Part shown: piece by piece, positions 39,608 to 54,529 of the stretch
Numbering within the stretch: position 1 is the stretch's first letter
Layout of the letters: every line of letters begins with the position of its first letter
NCBI RefSeq assembly: GCF_006345805.1
Contig: NC_043000.1
Location: 9,982,001-10,046,000, forward strand
Source of the DNA: Octopus sinensis
Lineage: Eukaryota
Direction: 5' to 3'
DNA: 64,000 nucleotides
Position numbers and translations under genes: made by a program
The notes under the pieces: model-generated
Told to the model about the DNA's origin: nothing
What the model saw: the letters and a program-made list of their open reading frames with translations, nothing else
Database searches by the model: none

Positions 39608-41023
39608 ATGTGTGTGTGTGTGTGTATGTATATATACATATATATATGTACGTATGTACACACACACACACAGACATATATATGTATAATTGATCGAAAC
39701 TACTCGTAATTGATGAGAGTATTTAGCTCTTTACTCTTTTACCCCAGTTCAAGTCCTGCCAGTTAATTTCCTATCTCAGTAGACTATAAAAGACGTGTTG
39801 CTCTTTATTGAAGCTATTTCAATTTATTCCATTGCTTCCACAGAATTGGCTTCGTGACTCTTGGCGTCTACTGGTACTGAATCCTTGGTAGTAATTATTG
39901 TAATTTCTAAGCAATAATTTCTAAGAATTCCAGCAGCAACCGACGTATAAACAGGGTCAAAAATACTAATTAGATTTCTTGCAAATTAATTAGTATGTCA
40001 ATTATTTATGAACTTCTCAGCTTTTTCCTGTTTTTTTCTGATGCCTCAGTGCAAGGTCTATTAAAAAATGGCAATATTCTTTATCGATTTTTTTCTAAAA
40101 TAACGTGTACACACAAACGCACACTAAAAGAAGTCATACGTATTCACACACACAACAGCAAGAAGTTTGTGTCCACGTGGTTATTTCATCAGCCCAATGT
40201 AACCCCCGAAAGCCTCAAAGCACAAACCATATCTTTAAAACAGCATACGATGAATAAAACCTGAGATGAAAATACAAGATATACAGACAAGATGGTGAAG
40301 GTTGAAACACTTGATCACACGCCTGCACTAAACAACAATAACAACAAAGCAACAATAACAATTAAAAAGCAGCAAGTTACAGTCACTATTAATCTATTAC
40401 TCGCAGTTTATATGTTTAGCAAACAGTAAAAAAAAAAAAGCAAATTTAAACAGTCAATAGATAAATAGAGTCTAAGATCAATTTTCCTAGGTTGAAAACA
40501 ATGTTTATATATAATCTCCTGATATCTTAAATGTAAATGTTTGTAGTAATACTGTCTAAATATCTAACACCAATCTTGTTGCACCTGCAGAAATATAAAA
40601 CTAATTTAAAAACCGAAATCCCGATATTTGTTAACATCTCCTGTCGCATAACTTGTTTACCGAGTTGGTGAGATAAAACCTATTTAACAATATATTTAAC
40701 AATGGCAAAGATATTTTTGGTAATTATTTTCCGGCCAAAGGAAATATAACTCTGCTCTAGATATTTTGTATTGTCATTATGGTACAGAAATAATATACGC
40801 CATACGTCTATGTTGAAAGGTAGAGAAAGGTGAATGTAAATAAAGCAACGATTCAAAATTGTTTGAAACTTTGAGATGAAGTTTCTCCAGCCGTGTTTTA
40901 ATATATTGACGTAATATATTGACATAATATCAACACTTAGTGATTAAATAGTTCAGACCCTTCTTCCGCTTTCTCTCTCACTCTGTCTCCCTCTCCTTCT
41001 TCCTTTCATTCTCTTTGTCTCTA

Positions 41024-41118
<95 letters not shown>

Positions 41119-41233
41119 ATGTGTGCATGTGTGTGAGTGTGTGTATTAATAAAAATTTGGCACTGGAGAACGGCAAGAAAACATGCAGAAAAACAAAAAG
41201 TTCTGTCTATCTATCTATCTATCTATCTATCTA

Positions 41234-41267
<34 letters not shown>

Positions 41268-41272
41268 AAATA

Positions 41273-41364
<92 letters not shown>

Positions 41365-41412
41365 CCTACCTGTCTACCTGTCTACTTGTCAATATATATG
41401 TATGTATGTATA

Positions 41413-42397
41413 TAGCTATCTATCTGTTTAACTCTATATGTATACATGTATGTTGTTGTGCCTGGGGAAAGTCGTTCTATTTTAATGCCATATTAATTAA
41501 CACACTAACCGATTCGATTTACATTCATTTACGTTTCTCTTTCTGAAATTTTCGTTGCTTCTTGCACCCTCGAGTTACTAACTATTGAAGAGGTTATTAG
41601 AAGTAGAGAAAATTTAAAAAGAAAAAGAAAAGAAAAAAGTAAATGAATGGAAATCTAACCAGTGAGTGTGTTAATTAATAAAGCATTAAAACAGAAGGAC
41701 TCTCCCCAGACACAACAAAATTTGCTTCAACACACGAATTCACATAAAGAATTTTGCAAACCAAATACATAAACGAAGTATATATATATAGATATATGTA
41801 TTATATATGCGTGTATATATGTGTATATATATATATATTTATATTTTAAAAAAACATACAAATTTCCACACGAAAGCACGTAACTTCAAACGTGTCTTCT
41901 CTGATGGGAATTTTCTACCCAGGTATCGGTTAATCGAATTATCCATAACAAGATAATTCATTCAACTACTCAAATATATATATATACATATATACACACA
42001 TATATACACACATATATCCATACATATATACTTCGTTTATGTATTTGGTTTGCAAAATTCTTTATGTGAATTCGTGTGTTGAAGCAAATTTTGTTGTGTC
42101 TGGGGAGAGTCCTTCTGTTTTAATGCTTTATTAATTAACACACTCACCGGTTCGATTTCCATTCATTTACTTTTTTCTTTTCTTTTTCTTTTTAAATTTT
42201 CTCTACTTCTAATAACCTCTTCAATAGTTAGTAACTCGAGGGTGCAAGAAGCAACGAAAATTTCAGAAAGAGAAACGTAAATGAGTTGTAAATCGAATCG
42301 GTTAGTGTGTAAATTAATATGGCATTAAAATAGAACGACTTTCCCCAGGCACAACAACATACATATATACATATAGAGTTAAACAGATAGATAGCTA
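41413..42397. repeat. Long inverted duplication (arms about 41413-41837 and 41966-42397); each arm holds a TIR-type element
   Basis: Arms differ by a few substitutions; the internal element has diverged termini TGTTGTG(C/T)CTGGGGA(A/G)AGTC. Confidence 0.88.
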
Positions 42398-42399
42398 CA

Positions 42400-42404
42400 T
42401 ACAT

Positions 42405-42441
<37 letters not shown>

Positions 42442-42464
42442 AACATATATATATGTATGTATAT

Positions 42465-42520
<56 letters not shown>

Positions 42521-42537
42521 GTATATATATATATATG

Positions 42538-42585
<48 letters not shown>

Positions 42586-42595
42586 GTATATATAT

Positions 42596-42657
<62 letters not shown>

Positions 42658-42672
42658 ATATATATATATAAT

Positions 42673-42714
<42 letters not shown>

Positions 42715-42799
42715 GTATATATTGTATATATATATATATAATGTATATATACATATATATATATATAATATATTTATATATATATATATATATATATAT

Positions 42800-42848
<49 letters not shown>

Positions 42849-42921
42849 TATACATATATATATACATATATATATATATAAATATACATATATATATACA
42901 TATATATATATATCTAAACAT

Positions 42922-42955
<34 letters not shown>

Positions 42956-43070
42956 CACACACACACATATATATATATATAATATATATATACATACATA
43001 TACATACATATACATATATATATATTTATATACTCACATATTTATTCACACATATGCATACACATACATA
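42400..43070. repeat. Long degenerate (TA)n/(CA)n tract
   Basis: Direct reading. Confidence 0.95.
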
Positions 43071-43714
43071 TATATTGTCAGGAACAAGTCTAGAACAGGA
43101 GGGAGAAGGAGAACATATACATGTGTGTATAAGCTTTAGTTTCAATAGACTGGAGACCCAGCTGTTCGAGTAAAGGAGTATATCTGGTTTGGATACTTGT
43201 TACTTTCCAATGTTGGAATTCAGATATTTCTTTACACAATCAGATTACAAATTTGACAGAGCTTTTACATTTACATAAATGGCTGAACAATGTATTTTAT
43301 TTCTTTGTTCATTCTAAAGCAATGTTCGATATGTTTGCTCCTTAAATCATAGATGATACCTCTGGCATCTCTTCAATTCAATTGAATTCAACTAGTTTTC
43401 TGTGTCTAAAGACAGATGTAACTAATGGAAGTGGAGTCTATTTCTATTGTTTTCAATGAAATGGACCCAGTTTTGACCGAGATTACATAAATATTCACAG
43501 CTTACGACATAGATTCAATATATTGACACACTTATTCCACACTTATTACACCAAAACACTTTCACAACACACACACGCACACATACACATTTTTATATAA
43601 GCATATGCAGTGTTTTGTACGAATAGGTTTCTGTGTTCATTTGCCTGCTCTTATATTCAAATGTATTTAATGTGTCTATATTTGTAAATATCGCTTTCGC
43701 CAACCCTGAAGGTG

Positions 43715-43925
43715 AGCTGGGGCAATTGCTTCGTAGATGAATTCTCCTGCTTGACGACGGAGGGCATTACCCAGCCAACGCCGCTGGAATAAGGAGTGGT
43801 TGGAGATCACGCGGTCTTTAGCCTCAAATCGCCAGGCCTGGTTAGCGTTTGTGAGAGATGCAGCATTGAGGATGAATGAAGCCAGCTCAACCCACCCCGG
43901 GTGAATGCTGTCTCAAGCAAGCAAA
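43715..43925 (+). mobile_element. RTE-like LINE 3' end fragment
   Basis: EITRSLASNRQAWLAFVRDA resembles the RTE A.DR..WR motif; followed by a stop and a short (CAAG) tail. Confidence 0.55.
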
Positions 43926-44371
43926 TTTGTAAATATATATATATGAAAGTGTCCACTTTTCTGCACGGATACATTGACCTTTCTACATAGCTGTTACCGT
44001 TATTTGAATTCAGTTTAATGCGAACACCATCCAACAGCTTCATAATCGACTACTGCACTGAAGGTTGTTTGGATAGTGTCCTCAGCTACACTCTCTCGAA
44101 GTTTCAATCAGAAACAATCATCAGCAAATATTCCGGCTGGATTCCCAAGGGAGATCAACCTAAAGTATGGACATTACCCTAGTATTTTGCTCGTTGTGTA
44201 TCGCTAAGTTTCCTATATCTTGCTCGTGGTGTATCGCTAGGTTTCCAACGTATTGGCCTTATTCATAAAATCTCGCCCGCAATTATTTCCTCAGACATTT
44301 TAACCACATGCCCGTAGTACCGGAGGTGAAATATCACAACAATGGGAAGTAATGGGTGGTACACCTGTCTT

Positions 44372-44608
44372 GAAGGTGACGAGCTGGCAGAAACGTTAGC
44401 ACGCCGGGTGAAATGCTTAGCGGTATTTCGCCCGCCGCTACGTTCTGCGTTCAAATTCCGCCGAGGTCGACTTTGCCTTTCATCCTTTCGAGGTCGATTG
44501 AATAAGTACCAGTTACGCACTGGGGTCGATATAATCGACTTAATCCGTTTGTTTGTCCTTGTTTGTCCTCTCTGTGTTTAGCTCCTTGTGGGTAGTAAAG
44601 AAATAGGT
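44372..44608 (+). mobile_element. SINE-A, full length
   Basis: 12-bp TSD TACACCTGTCTT at 44360-44371 and 44609-44620. Confidence 0.92.
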
Positions 44609-45453
44609 TACACCTGTCTTCAAAATACGTACGTATCGAATAACCTTACTCCAGCGACTCTTCGGAGGAACCCCATTTTGGCCACTGTTATTTATAATTG
44701 CACATTATTTCGGTCACTAACCATATTTGTCAAATAGTATTTATTGGACACTAGTAGAACATGTCAGATGCAAAACAATCAACGAAATTATATTTTACAT
44801 TTATCTTCTCTCTGTCTATCGATACAAAAAAGGAAAGAAACAGCGTGCAAATAAAGCAGTTTGTCTTCTCCTTTGGGATTTTTACACTGCTAATGACATA
44901 TTAAGATGTCTAGGCAAACGATTTTATCATTAGTTGAAATAGATTAATTATAGATTAGCAGCCACTATCTCATGCAATGACAGAAGGTCAATGTAGACCA
45001 CTTATTGTTATTGTGTTATATTTCAGACAACACACTGCAAAGCTTTTTTTTTTATCTATTCACTAATTAAAGCTGTTCATAAATATAAAACTGGCCAAAC
45101 ACTTGATTTTCTAGTATTTCACCGCCAATGAGAAGGCGGTGAATGTGGGCAAATTCGATTATAGATTATCTGATCCTTGCCCATAGTATCTTCGTTTATT
45201 CTTGCAGTAATATTTTTACTGCAGTTAGAATTATAATGTTATTGATTGATTAACCCAATGTAGTTTTGAGCAGGCCATCGGCTTAACAATAAAATATGAA
45301 TCTTGAACAGATGTTTTGTTGGCCATTAGATAAAAGTTAAGTGTTTACACGAACTTTGTACTTCACAATATAAATCATTATTTTCTTAACGACAGTCTGT
45401 TTCTGCTACTAAGTGACCCAACCACTACTGGTGTCTTACAGAGGTCTGTACGT

Positions 45454-45524
<71 letters not shown>

Positions 45525-45674
45525 ACACACACACACACACAGACAAACACATACGCACATACACACATACGCATGCCATTTAGATTTCATTCTTTTGTTA
45601 TTATTTAGGCAAGATTCATTTTTTTATTAATACTCCTCTTGTTAGTCTTCACAAAAAGATATATATATATATAT

Positions 45675-45973
45675 CACCTTGACCGACCAGGCTATCAGAT
45701 GTTGCTACACATCGCTGGTCACAATGCGCTTCGCATTGTTTTAGCCTTCAAATGACGCCACCCCGCTGGCTAAGCGAGCAGACCAACAGAAGAAAGAATG
45801 AGAGAAAGTTGTGGCGAAGGAGTACAGCAGGGATCGCCACCACCCCCTGCCGGAGCCTCGTGGAACTTTTAGGTGTTTTCGCACAATAAACGCTCACAAC
45901 GCCCTGTCTGGGAATCGAAACCGCGATCCTCCGACCGCGAGTCTGCTGCCCTAACCACTGGGCCATTGTACCT

Positions 45974-45975
<2 letters not shown>
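45675..45975 (-). mobile_element. SINE-C with tail Y
   Basis: Inverted homolog of 27139-27431. Confidence 0.88.
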
Positions 45976-46062
<87 letters not shown>

Positions 46063-47165
46063 GAGAGTGAGAGAGAGAGAGATAGTGAGACAGAGAGAGA
46101 TGGACTGAAAGTAAAAGAGACAAAAGGTTTACAAGAGAGAAAGAAATTAAGGGAAAGAAAAGGACTGTGAGAAAAGGGGGGGAGAATATTTATCAAGAGA
46201 ATAACAAAACTATGAATGCATCCGATAATGTTGTAAGTTTGAGAAAAAGGCACAAATAGGTTTCTTCAAAATAAAGGAGAGATGATATATGTCGTGGATC
46301 TGTGGCTTCCTGTCAGATTGCAAAATGGCAGCGCACTCTGTTGGAGCTACTTATGACCTATTAGCATTTATGTTCCCCAAGGTTCAGTGATTTTGAATCC
46401 GAACTTTCTTTGAGATTACTGTTCATTCTTCCTTTCCTTGGTCCCATTCAAGCGTCATCAACGTTCGACCGAGAAATTTCACGCCAATCTCCACCTTGAT
46501 CTATATGCGCAGAAACCTTTTCACCGCCTAAATGTCATGATGATCTTTGCGTCTTCAACAGATAACCCATCTCCTTTTTATACCTCTTCTATCTCTACCA
46601 CGAATGGCAAACGTAGAAAAAAAAACTGAGTATAACAACGTATGTCTTACTTAAATGAATCTACCGTGATGAAATTACTATATTTTATTAAGTAAATTTT
46701 GACCATCAAATATTTTAAAGCATCCATCAGAACATATGGAAAGTGGCTTTTCATAAACACATCTTTAAAAACACATATGTTCATCATATGGTTTGTATAT
46801 ATGTATGTTTGTATGTGAGCGCGTGTGCGTACACATAATCTATGTACTAAACTATTGTTTAGTTAATCTTTGTCAATCAGCTAGACACCAGCTTCTTTAT
46901 GTATTGTCAAAAGGCTATGCGTAAAAGCAACATAATTGCATACCCCACGATGTTCATATTACATATCTTACTTGAGCTTTTGTAGAAAGCCAGCAACTAA
47001 CATGAATTGATTTGAAATAGAAATCTAGTCTTCACGAAACGGATACTTTACAATTTTGTATATATATGGAGTTGCGAACTGGAGGATTTTAATAGAATAT
47101 TATTCGTGCATACATTTGACGTCGTGAGAAACCGTTTCCCTCGTCTTCATACTCTACTATATTCT

Positions 47166-47401
47166 GTTTCTTTATTACCCACAAGGGGCTAAACATAGAG
47201 GGGACAAACAAGGACAGACAAACGGATTAAGTCGATTACATCGACCCCAGCGCGTAACTGGTATTTAATTTATCGACCCCGAAAAGATGAAAGGCAAAGT
47301 GGACCTCGGCGGAATTTGAACTCAGAACGTAACGGCAGACGAAATACGGCTACGCATTTCGCCCGGCGTGCTCATGGTTCTGCCAGACACAGCCTCAGAT
47401 G
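47166..47401 (-). mobile_element. SINE-A
   Basis: 16-bp TSD TACTCTACTATATTCT at 47150-47165 and 47402-47417. Confidence 0.92.
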
Positions 47402-47910
47402 TACTCTACTATATTCTTATATACCAAAAGGAATATATCTTCAATGATTCTTTATACGAAGCAATGCACGTTTGATATGAGGTAAGTATGCTACGTGTAC
47501 ATGACTGATATTACTTTAATGTTAAAGAAAGGTGACGAGTGGTGTAATTTGCATATAGTTGCTTCAAGATATAAGTAGATCATTAATGTATAGAAGCAAG
47601 TGTTTGGCGTATATAACCCAGCGATCAGATTAGTCCTGCATTGATAAAATGTGGATCGGAAACATGCCCGGTAACATATTTTTATCAGAGCTGTCTGGCA
47701 GTAGACTAAAGACTCAAAGATACGAGAGATAACAGGAAGCCACTGTTGTGTACGTGTCACTTATATCATAAATACAGCTATTATAGAGCTTTTAACCGGA
47801 TATACGCAAACAAATATATGTATTTACATTTACCACATCCATACTCCCCCGGCAAAGATATATAAACATATACGTAAAGTAAATGTGTACATGTATATAT
47901 ATGTATGGAA

Positions 47911-47961
<51 letters not shown>

Positions 47962-47964
47962 ATA

Positions 47965-48327
47965 TATTTCAACAATTGAGGGTAAAATTAATTAATTAAT
48001 CAATTTCACCAAGTGTTCAGTATGCAAAGGGACCATTTAAGGCAATTCAAATTATTACATTATATAAAAGGGCTTAGTAAAATAAATTACTTTGCCGCAT
48101 ACTGAACTCATTAGAAATAGCATGCGTTAATAGCTCCCAAGAGTGAGGTCATGATTATAAGACTGGTGACCGATTAACAATACCCTCCAAAAACAGGATT
48201 GATCCTTCAAACAGACGCCCACACAAACACCATCAACCATCAACCAAATTTAGCTGCTATTTCTAATGAGTTCAGTATGCGGCAAAGTAATTTATTTTAC
48301 TAAGCCCTTTTATATAATGTAATAATT

Positions 48328-48330
<3 letters not shown>
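47965..48330. mobile_element. Foldback fragment in (TA)n with a 119-bp captured copy in its loop
   Basis: Arms about 48049-48122 and 48254-48328; 48133-48251 is identical to 49728-49846. Confidence 0.8.
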
Positions 48331-48361
<31 letters not shown>

Positions 48362-49116
48362 ATATGCATATATAGGTGTGTGTTGTGTGTGTGTGTATAA
48401 ATAGACAGTTACATACAGTCATATGTCATATATATATATATATATATATAACCACACATATCCATACACAACACATGATATTGACATTTGCGCTGTAATT
48501 ATATATAAATAACGAAAACATCTACTTTGATACGAATATCTGCCATATATCATTTTAAACAAATACTAAAACATAAATGAAAGAATATCGCTGCCAATAA
48601 TTTGATATCCAATACACGTGTGTGTGTGTGTGGGATGGTGGATATGTGTGTGTGCTTGTGTGTCTGAATGTGTGCGTGAATGAATGTGAGTATAGTGTAA
48701 TGTCTTGGCTTAACGCATTCAGTATAAGTATATTAAGTACATCCAAATCAGTTTACTGCTACCAGACTTGATAGCATTCTGTTATTCCTTTAACTACGAA
48801 GCGTGTTATTTGAATTTGTTATCTTCCAAGTAATTGCCACTGTATCATTTTTTAAATAGTATATTTCCTGTTAATGATATTTTTCCACGATATTCACGAT
48901 GTTTATGTTACGTCAGATCAGCGGATTGACAGAATCATTGGGATGTCTAATAAAATACCTTCGAGATTTTTACGTTCTTAGTTCGAATCCTGTAGGATTC
49001 AATATTGCTTTTGAAACTACTGAGACATAAAATAAATTACTAGTCAAGAGTCGTGGCTCGATTTACTCGACTTAACTATTTCCTCTAAATTCCTTCCTGG
49101 CCTGAAGTCTAATATA

Positions 49117-49377
49117 AAAAATAGATAAATGCACCCTTTTAAAGCCTAGCCAGGTTCATGGGCCCGGTTTCCCAGTTTCTGTGGCGTATGTGTTCCCCAG
49201 CTGGACGGGACGACAGTCCATCGCAGCGTCACTCATCTTTGCCAGCAGAGTGGACTGGAGCAACGTGAAATGAAGTGTTTTGCTCAAGAATGCAGCGCGT
49301 CGCCCGGTCCACGAATCGAAACCACAGTCTTACGATCATGATGCTGACACCCTAACCACTAAGCCACACGCCTCCAC
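49117..49377 (-). mobile_element. SINE-D with tail Z
   Basis: 13-bp TSD GAAGTCTAATATA at 49104-49116 and 49378-49390. Confidence 0.88.
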
Positions 49378-51104
49378 GAAGTCTAATATAGAAAGAATTT
49401 TTAGATGGTACTGGATTGACAGATTCGTTAGAGCGGCGGACAAACTGTCTTGAGGTATTCCCTTAAGTTCTGACTTCAAGTTCAATCGAAATGAATTTTG
49501 CTGTCATCCTTTCGGAGTCGATAATAAAACAACCTATTATTGACTAACCCTTTTCCTGTTCTAAAAGATATATTTGGCCTTGAATCTAAATAAGAAATTA
49601 TTATATGGGATTTCGTCAGAGAATGATTGTCAACGTTTACACTTTCGAATGCCACCAAGACTGGCTGAAGAAAGGAAGAATGTATCACCAGGCCCGATTG
49701 CAGGCAATGGAGTAGACCCAGCTAAAGGCTCCCAAGAGTGAGGTCATGATTATAAGACTGGTGACCGATTAACAATACCCTCCAAAAACAGGATTGATCC
49801 TTCAAACAGACGCCCACACAAACACCATCAACCATCAACCAAATTTCATTTATAAGACTTTGATAGACCCAGTACTTTCGTAGAATACACTTGTCGAAAT
49901 TGTCGCTCACAAGGTACGAACCCAAACACATTGGGCGATTTGGCACTGTCATAGAATACTATTTATCCAAAATGTCGCGCGGGTGTATCGAACTGAAGAC
50001 CACGTTGTTGAGAACTGAAGTTCTTAACTACACTGTCTCTTATTTGCACTTACAATATGGCTACCATATCTCCCTACGATAAAACAATACTGGATTTATC
50101 ACTGATTTTTATAGACGACAGATAAATCCAAGATTTTATATCTCGCTTTAAAAGGCAGACATCTAAACATCTTTGTTCAATGCAGAAAATAATCAATATT
50201 CTTTAGCAGAAGGCAGAATAAAAAGGTAAAAAAAGAAAAGTTTAATTTAATGGTTGTTATTCTCTTTACTCTGCTACCTGCAAAAATACTTGCCGTCAGT
50301 AATTCGTATGAACTTATCTTAACGTGACGGTATTCAGATTGTTTAGCATATTTGAGAACGGTAACACTTTTCAATTGTAAGCTGTCTAACCAGCAACATT
50401 GATTAAGCTACTATTTTCGATTTATCTCCGGCAAAATAAACCGACTATTAAATGCTTCTAGAACAGTATCGATCAAGAAATGAAGAATTAATAAAACTAA
50501 TGCAAAACTTGATTTTCTTAATACTATAATGGGTATTATGTTGTGTAACTTGGATTTCTATTAGAATTAACAGAAATATATATATGAAGTAGATTGTAGA
50601 CGATAAGCAAATCTTTGCATTAAAGCGGAATTACTATTAAACCTGTTTATTGCCCTGTACTGTAAACAATATACACGCGCGCTTGTATGTGCATGTGTGT
50701 GTGTGTGTGTGTGTGTTCTCTCCAAGAACAAATGGAAATAACTGAAGCATAGTTAGTAGTTCACCATTTAAGTATTATTTATTTTCACACGATTAGCAGT
50801 ATTTCTCAAATGTAACAAACCGCTGGAAGAATTGGTAAAGCAATTCAATGACTAAAACCAGCCAGTGGACCACGGCTAGGAAGGTAGGCCACCGGCAAGG
50901 GATTAATCGAACATATAGATCCCAGTACTTACTTTAAAGGTTACTAGTTATTCTTCTCGGTCTCTATTTAGCCAGGAGCTACGTTACAGGATACAGACAA
51001 CGATTTCTGTAAATTTTCCATTACCAAATTTCACCCTCAAGAATATATATCATTCTTATAAAAGAACTTGAGTAAAAACAATAAACATAAAAACAAAAAA
51101 AATA

Positions 51105-51680
51105 AAGTAACTTGGGCAAGGATAAACCTACAAATACCTAGGAATAAATGAAGGCTCTGGCAATCGGCATGCAAGCATGAAAGCGATCAGGAAGGAATGT
51201 TACAGAAGAGTTCGAGCAGTCCTGAAATTTGAGCTATATGCACATAAAGTGTTAGTTATAAATTTCCAAGCAGTTCCAGCTGTTATTTATAGCTTCAATA
51301 TATTGAAGTGGAATATCAGCGAAATATAGAAAATTGACAAGAAAATTCATAAGCTGTTGACTTGCAATAAGATGCACCGCCTAAAGTCCGACGTAGATCA
51401 TCTTTACCTTCCCAGAACTCAAGGAGGCCGATGTTTGAACCAATTTGAAATCTCTTACAAATCCACCACAATTAGACTGGCCTAGTACCTTGAATTCTAA
51501 CTGGGTCCCACCTGCAAGGTCAGGCGCTGTCTATGTTGATATCAGGTCACCATGTCGCGCACAGAGGGTTGTGATGTATATGTCTGATGTACCCTTATCA
51601 GACAGGTAGTCATAATGGCTATATTAGGCTTCGTGCCCCGTGTTACTTAGCTAACACGTGCTGCTCTCCCACTCAGTAAT
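51105..51680 (+). mobile_element. Dong/R4-like LINE fragment: RT C-terminal part joined to the 3' terminal module and (TAA)n
   Basis: TYKYLGINEG, CYRRVRAVLK, MHRLKSDVDHLYLPRTQGG; then AATTCTAACTGGGTCCCACCTGCAAGG, homologous to the 56390-56635 end. Confidence 0.7.
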
Positions 51681-53658
51681 AATAATAATATTATTATTTT
51701 TTTAATGCAGACACAAGGCCAAAAGTTTTGAGGAAAATGTTTATTTGATTACTTCTATACCAGTATTTGACTTGTACTTTATTTGATCGGCTCTGTTAAG
51801 GCGGCAAGCTGGTAGAATCGTCAGCGAGTCGGACAAAATACTTTGCGGCATTTTTTCGGGGTCTTTACCTTCTGGACTCATATTCCGAGTTTGGTACTTA
51901 TTTTATGAAATGTGTCGATGAAATAAGGACCACTTGAACACTGAGTCAATGTGATCGATCTATCTTCTCCCTTAAAATTGCTAGACTCGTGCCAAAATTT
52001 GTTACTTTTATTTTATCGGATCTGAAAAGATAACCGGCAAAGTTGGCCTGAGCGAGGTTTGAACTCGAAGAGTGAAAGAAATATAGCAGAGTATTTTGGC
52101 TTACGACCTACCAGCTCTGCCCCTGCACCACCTTCGTTCGCACAGTAAGAATAAGCAATTTATATCAGAAACAGTAAAGCCAAGCCATCAATACAGAACT
52201 ATCGATGATCTTTAAATCTTATAAAAACAAGTAAATAAATATATGAAGTTAAAAAGTAAAAAGAAAATAAGCAGTGGTCGACATTATATTGGAAATAATC
52301 TCGTTTTATATCTCTGACATTCGAAAGATATATATCCAATGTGGGTGTTAGTATATTTGGTTTTTTTATTCACTAAAACATGTGCAGACGTCGAGATATG
52401 AATATTTCAGTTGTTAGGTATTAGGAACATTACATAAACAATTCAAATCATCGCACATTTTGTGAGAAATGGTTTGCTTCCCATTGGAAATTTCTAATTC
52501 CTTACTTCACACATTTCTTCCTTGTCTACAGATTTCCCTAGTGCATACATACACATATGCACTCTGTTATATGTTATATATATTTATGAAACCATTGGAC
52601 GCTGTTGAATAGTGAAACGGCTGATGAATACAACACCAACATCTACAGTCTTGTATCTATGGTGAAATTTGTGCTGTTGCTATTATGGTGAGGATCGACA
52701 AGGAGATATAGTTAGTGTGAGGACTGGAAAACAAAGGATAGTAATGCACTATACATCTAGTTTGTTTAAAAAGATTTATAGTCTGCTGAAGTAGCGATTG
52801 AATAGGTAGAGAGTACAAAGAGCATGTCTATGGGCCTGTGTTTGGATTGAGTTGGTGATTTAATATTTGCCAACAAATCGGTTGTGCTTTGTACTGCATG
52901 TACAAACATCTTAACCCCAGAACGTTTATACACAGTATTAATTCAGGCATATCAAATGTAATTAGTGCACTGTTGTGCGATGAATCAATATTTCAAAGTA
53001 ATTACCAAAACTCTTAGTAATTAATTGAGGCTGAGAGAATCTTTGCCTTCGGTGATTCAGTTTTGGTAATGTTATATTGGTGGTATTGAGGTCGCTGTGA
53101 AAGATTCTCATAGATGGTTAGAATCTGCATTTGTAGCGACTTCGAATATTGTAGTTGTGGGTTGATCATAATTTTATATGTGCAGTGATGTAGTCTTTGT
53201 CACCTCGTCTATTTGTTGACATAATGAAACACCAAGAATCTCTCAATTACCATGTATAGCTAGCTATCCATTTGTACTATACGGTACACGTCGAAATGCT
53301 GACCCGCTATTAATAGTCTACTCATAATTTTGTTATAAATTTTTCTTCAGATTTAAATAAAGCAATCAATACTTTATAAAATATATATGGAGCGGGAACG
53401 TGCGTATCTGCGTGTATATAAAGAACTATTAAAATACTGATACCATCATAATTAAGACAAAGTACTCATTAACAGAGAGTGGAAGTATTTGTTTATTCTA
53501 ACGAATATAAATAACTATCTTCGCTCTATATTTTGTTTTTCAACACTGCCTGTAGTTCCACCAGTATTTTAAACGGAATCTACGTATACATAGATTTATG
53601 CACGTACGCACGTACACACACACACCCACGCATGCATGTATATATGTATGCATATACG

Positions 53659-53706
<48 letters not shown>

Positions 53707-54408
53707 ATAAGCGACAACTTTCATTAGTTTAGCAGTGTAAAGCTCTATTAACCGTTCAGTAGTATCAATAAACACCATATATAGAGCTGGGTTGGGTGTC
53801 TTTAGATTGTTGTATAATATTAATTGATGATATAGAATTCGTTTTTATTAGAAAGCAAGTGACTTAATATCAAATTGGTTAAAAGGGTTTTAGTGCTATT
53901 TTAATACTGTATTCATTCGTGAAGAATAGCCGCATTGGATCTATATACATTGGCATTTACTAAAAACAAATAGTGAATGAGTAGTGATTTCTAAGGTATG
54001 AAATTAAGTAATGGAGCAGTATGACAAACGTTGATTACGGCTAATTATCTAAGAGTGCTATTAGCAATGATCAAGACCTGTAGTCTATCAGGTACAGACT
54101 TGATAAATGATTTGTTAATCGTATGGAAAGTAATCAATACTTTATTAAATATATATTATCTATTAGGAAATGCTCTTCTCACAACCGAGACTTGTTGCTG
54201 CTTCTACACATGAGCATTGTAGATCTCGTTGAAAAGAAAGCTCTCTGACTGACTGAATGAATGGCTCACTCATCAACATATTACAACTTCTAACCAGAGC
54301 ATTTGTTCGTTTCTACTTCTGCTACGGCAAACCCAGACCTTGCTAGCTACATACCATCTCCATTGAAGACTATGTGGTCATCCATTTATGTATCTTCTCC
54401 AGACTCAC

Positions 54409-54529
54409 CACTAGCCACTTGCCCCGCATTTCCCCAGGAATGCTTGTCGTCTGCACGTTTAAAATCAAATACATTATTCACATCAGATTTGGTGAGCCTG
54501 CATATATCTTTGGCACAACATCCTCCAAC
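54409..54529 (-). CDS. Candidate internal exon of an unidentified host gene
   Basis: Acceptor catttcatttaatcag|, consensus donor AGTG|gtgagt; 121 nt, open in phase 0 to 1: VGGCCAKDICRLTKSDVNNVFDFKRADDKHSWGNAGQVAS. Confidence 0.5.

Noticed and set aside
52621-52680. CTGATGA followed by GAAA
   Set aside because: No helix II closing at GAAA and no NUH site.
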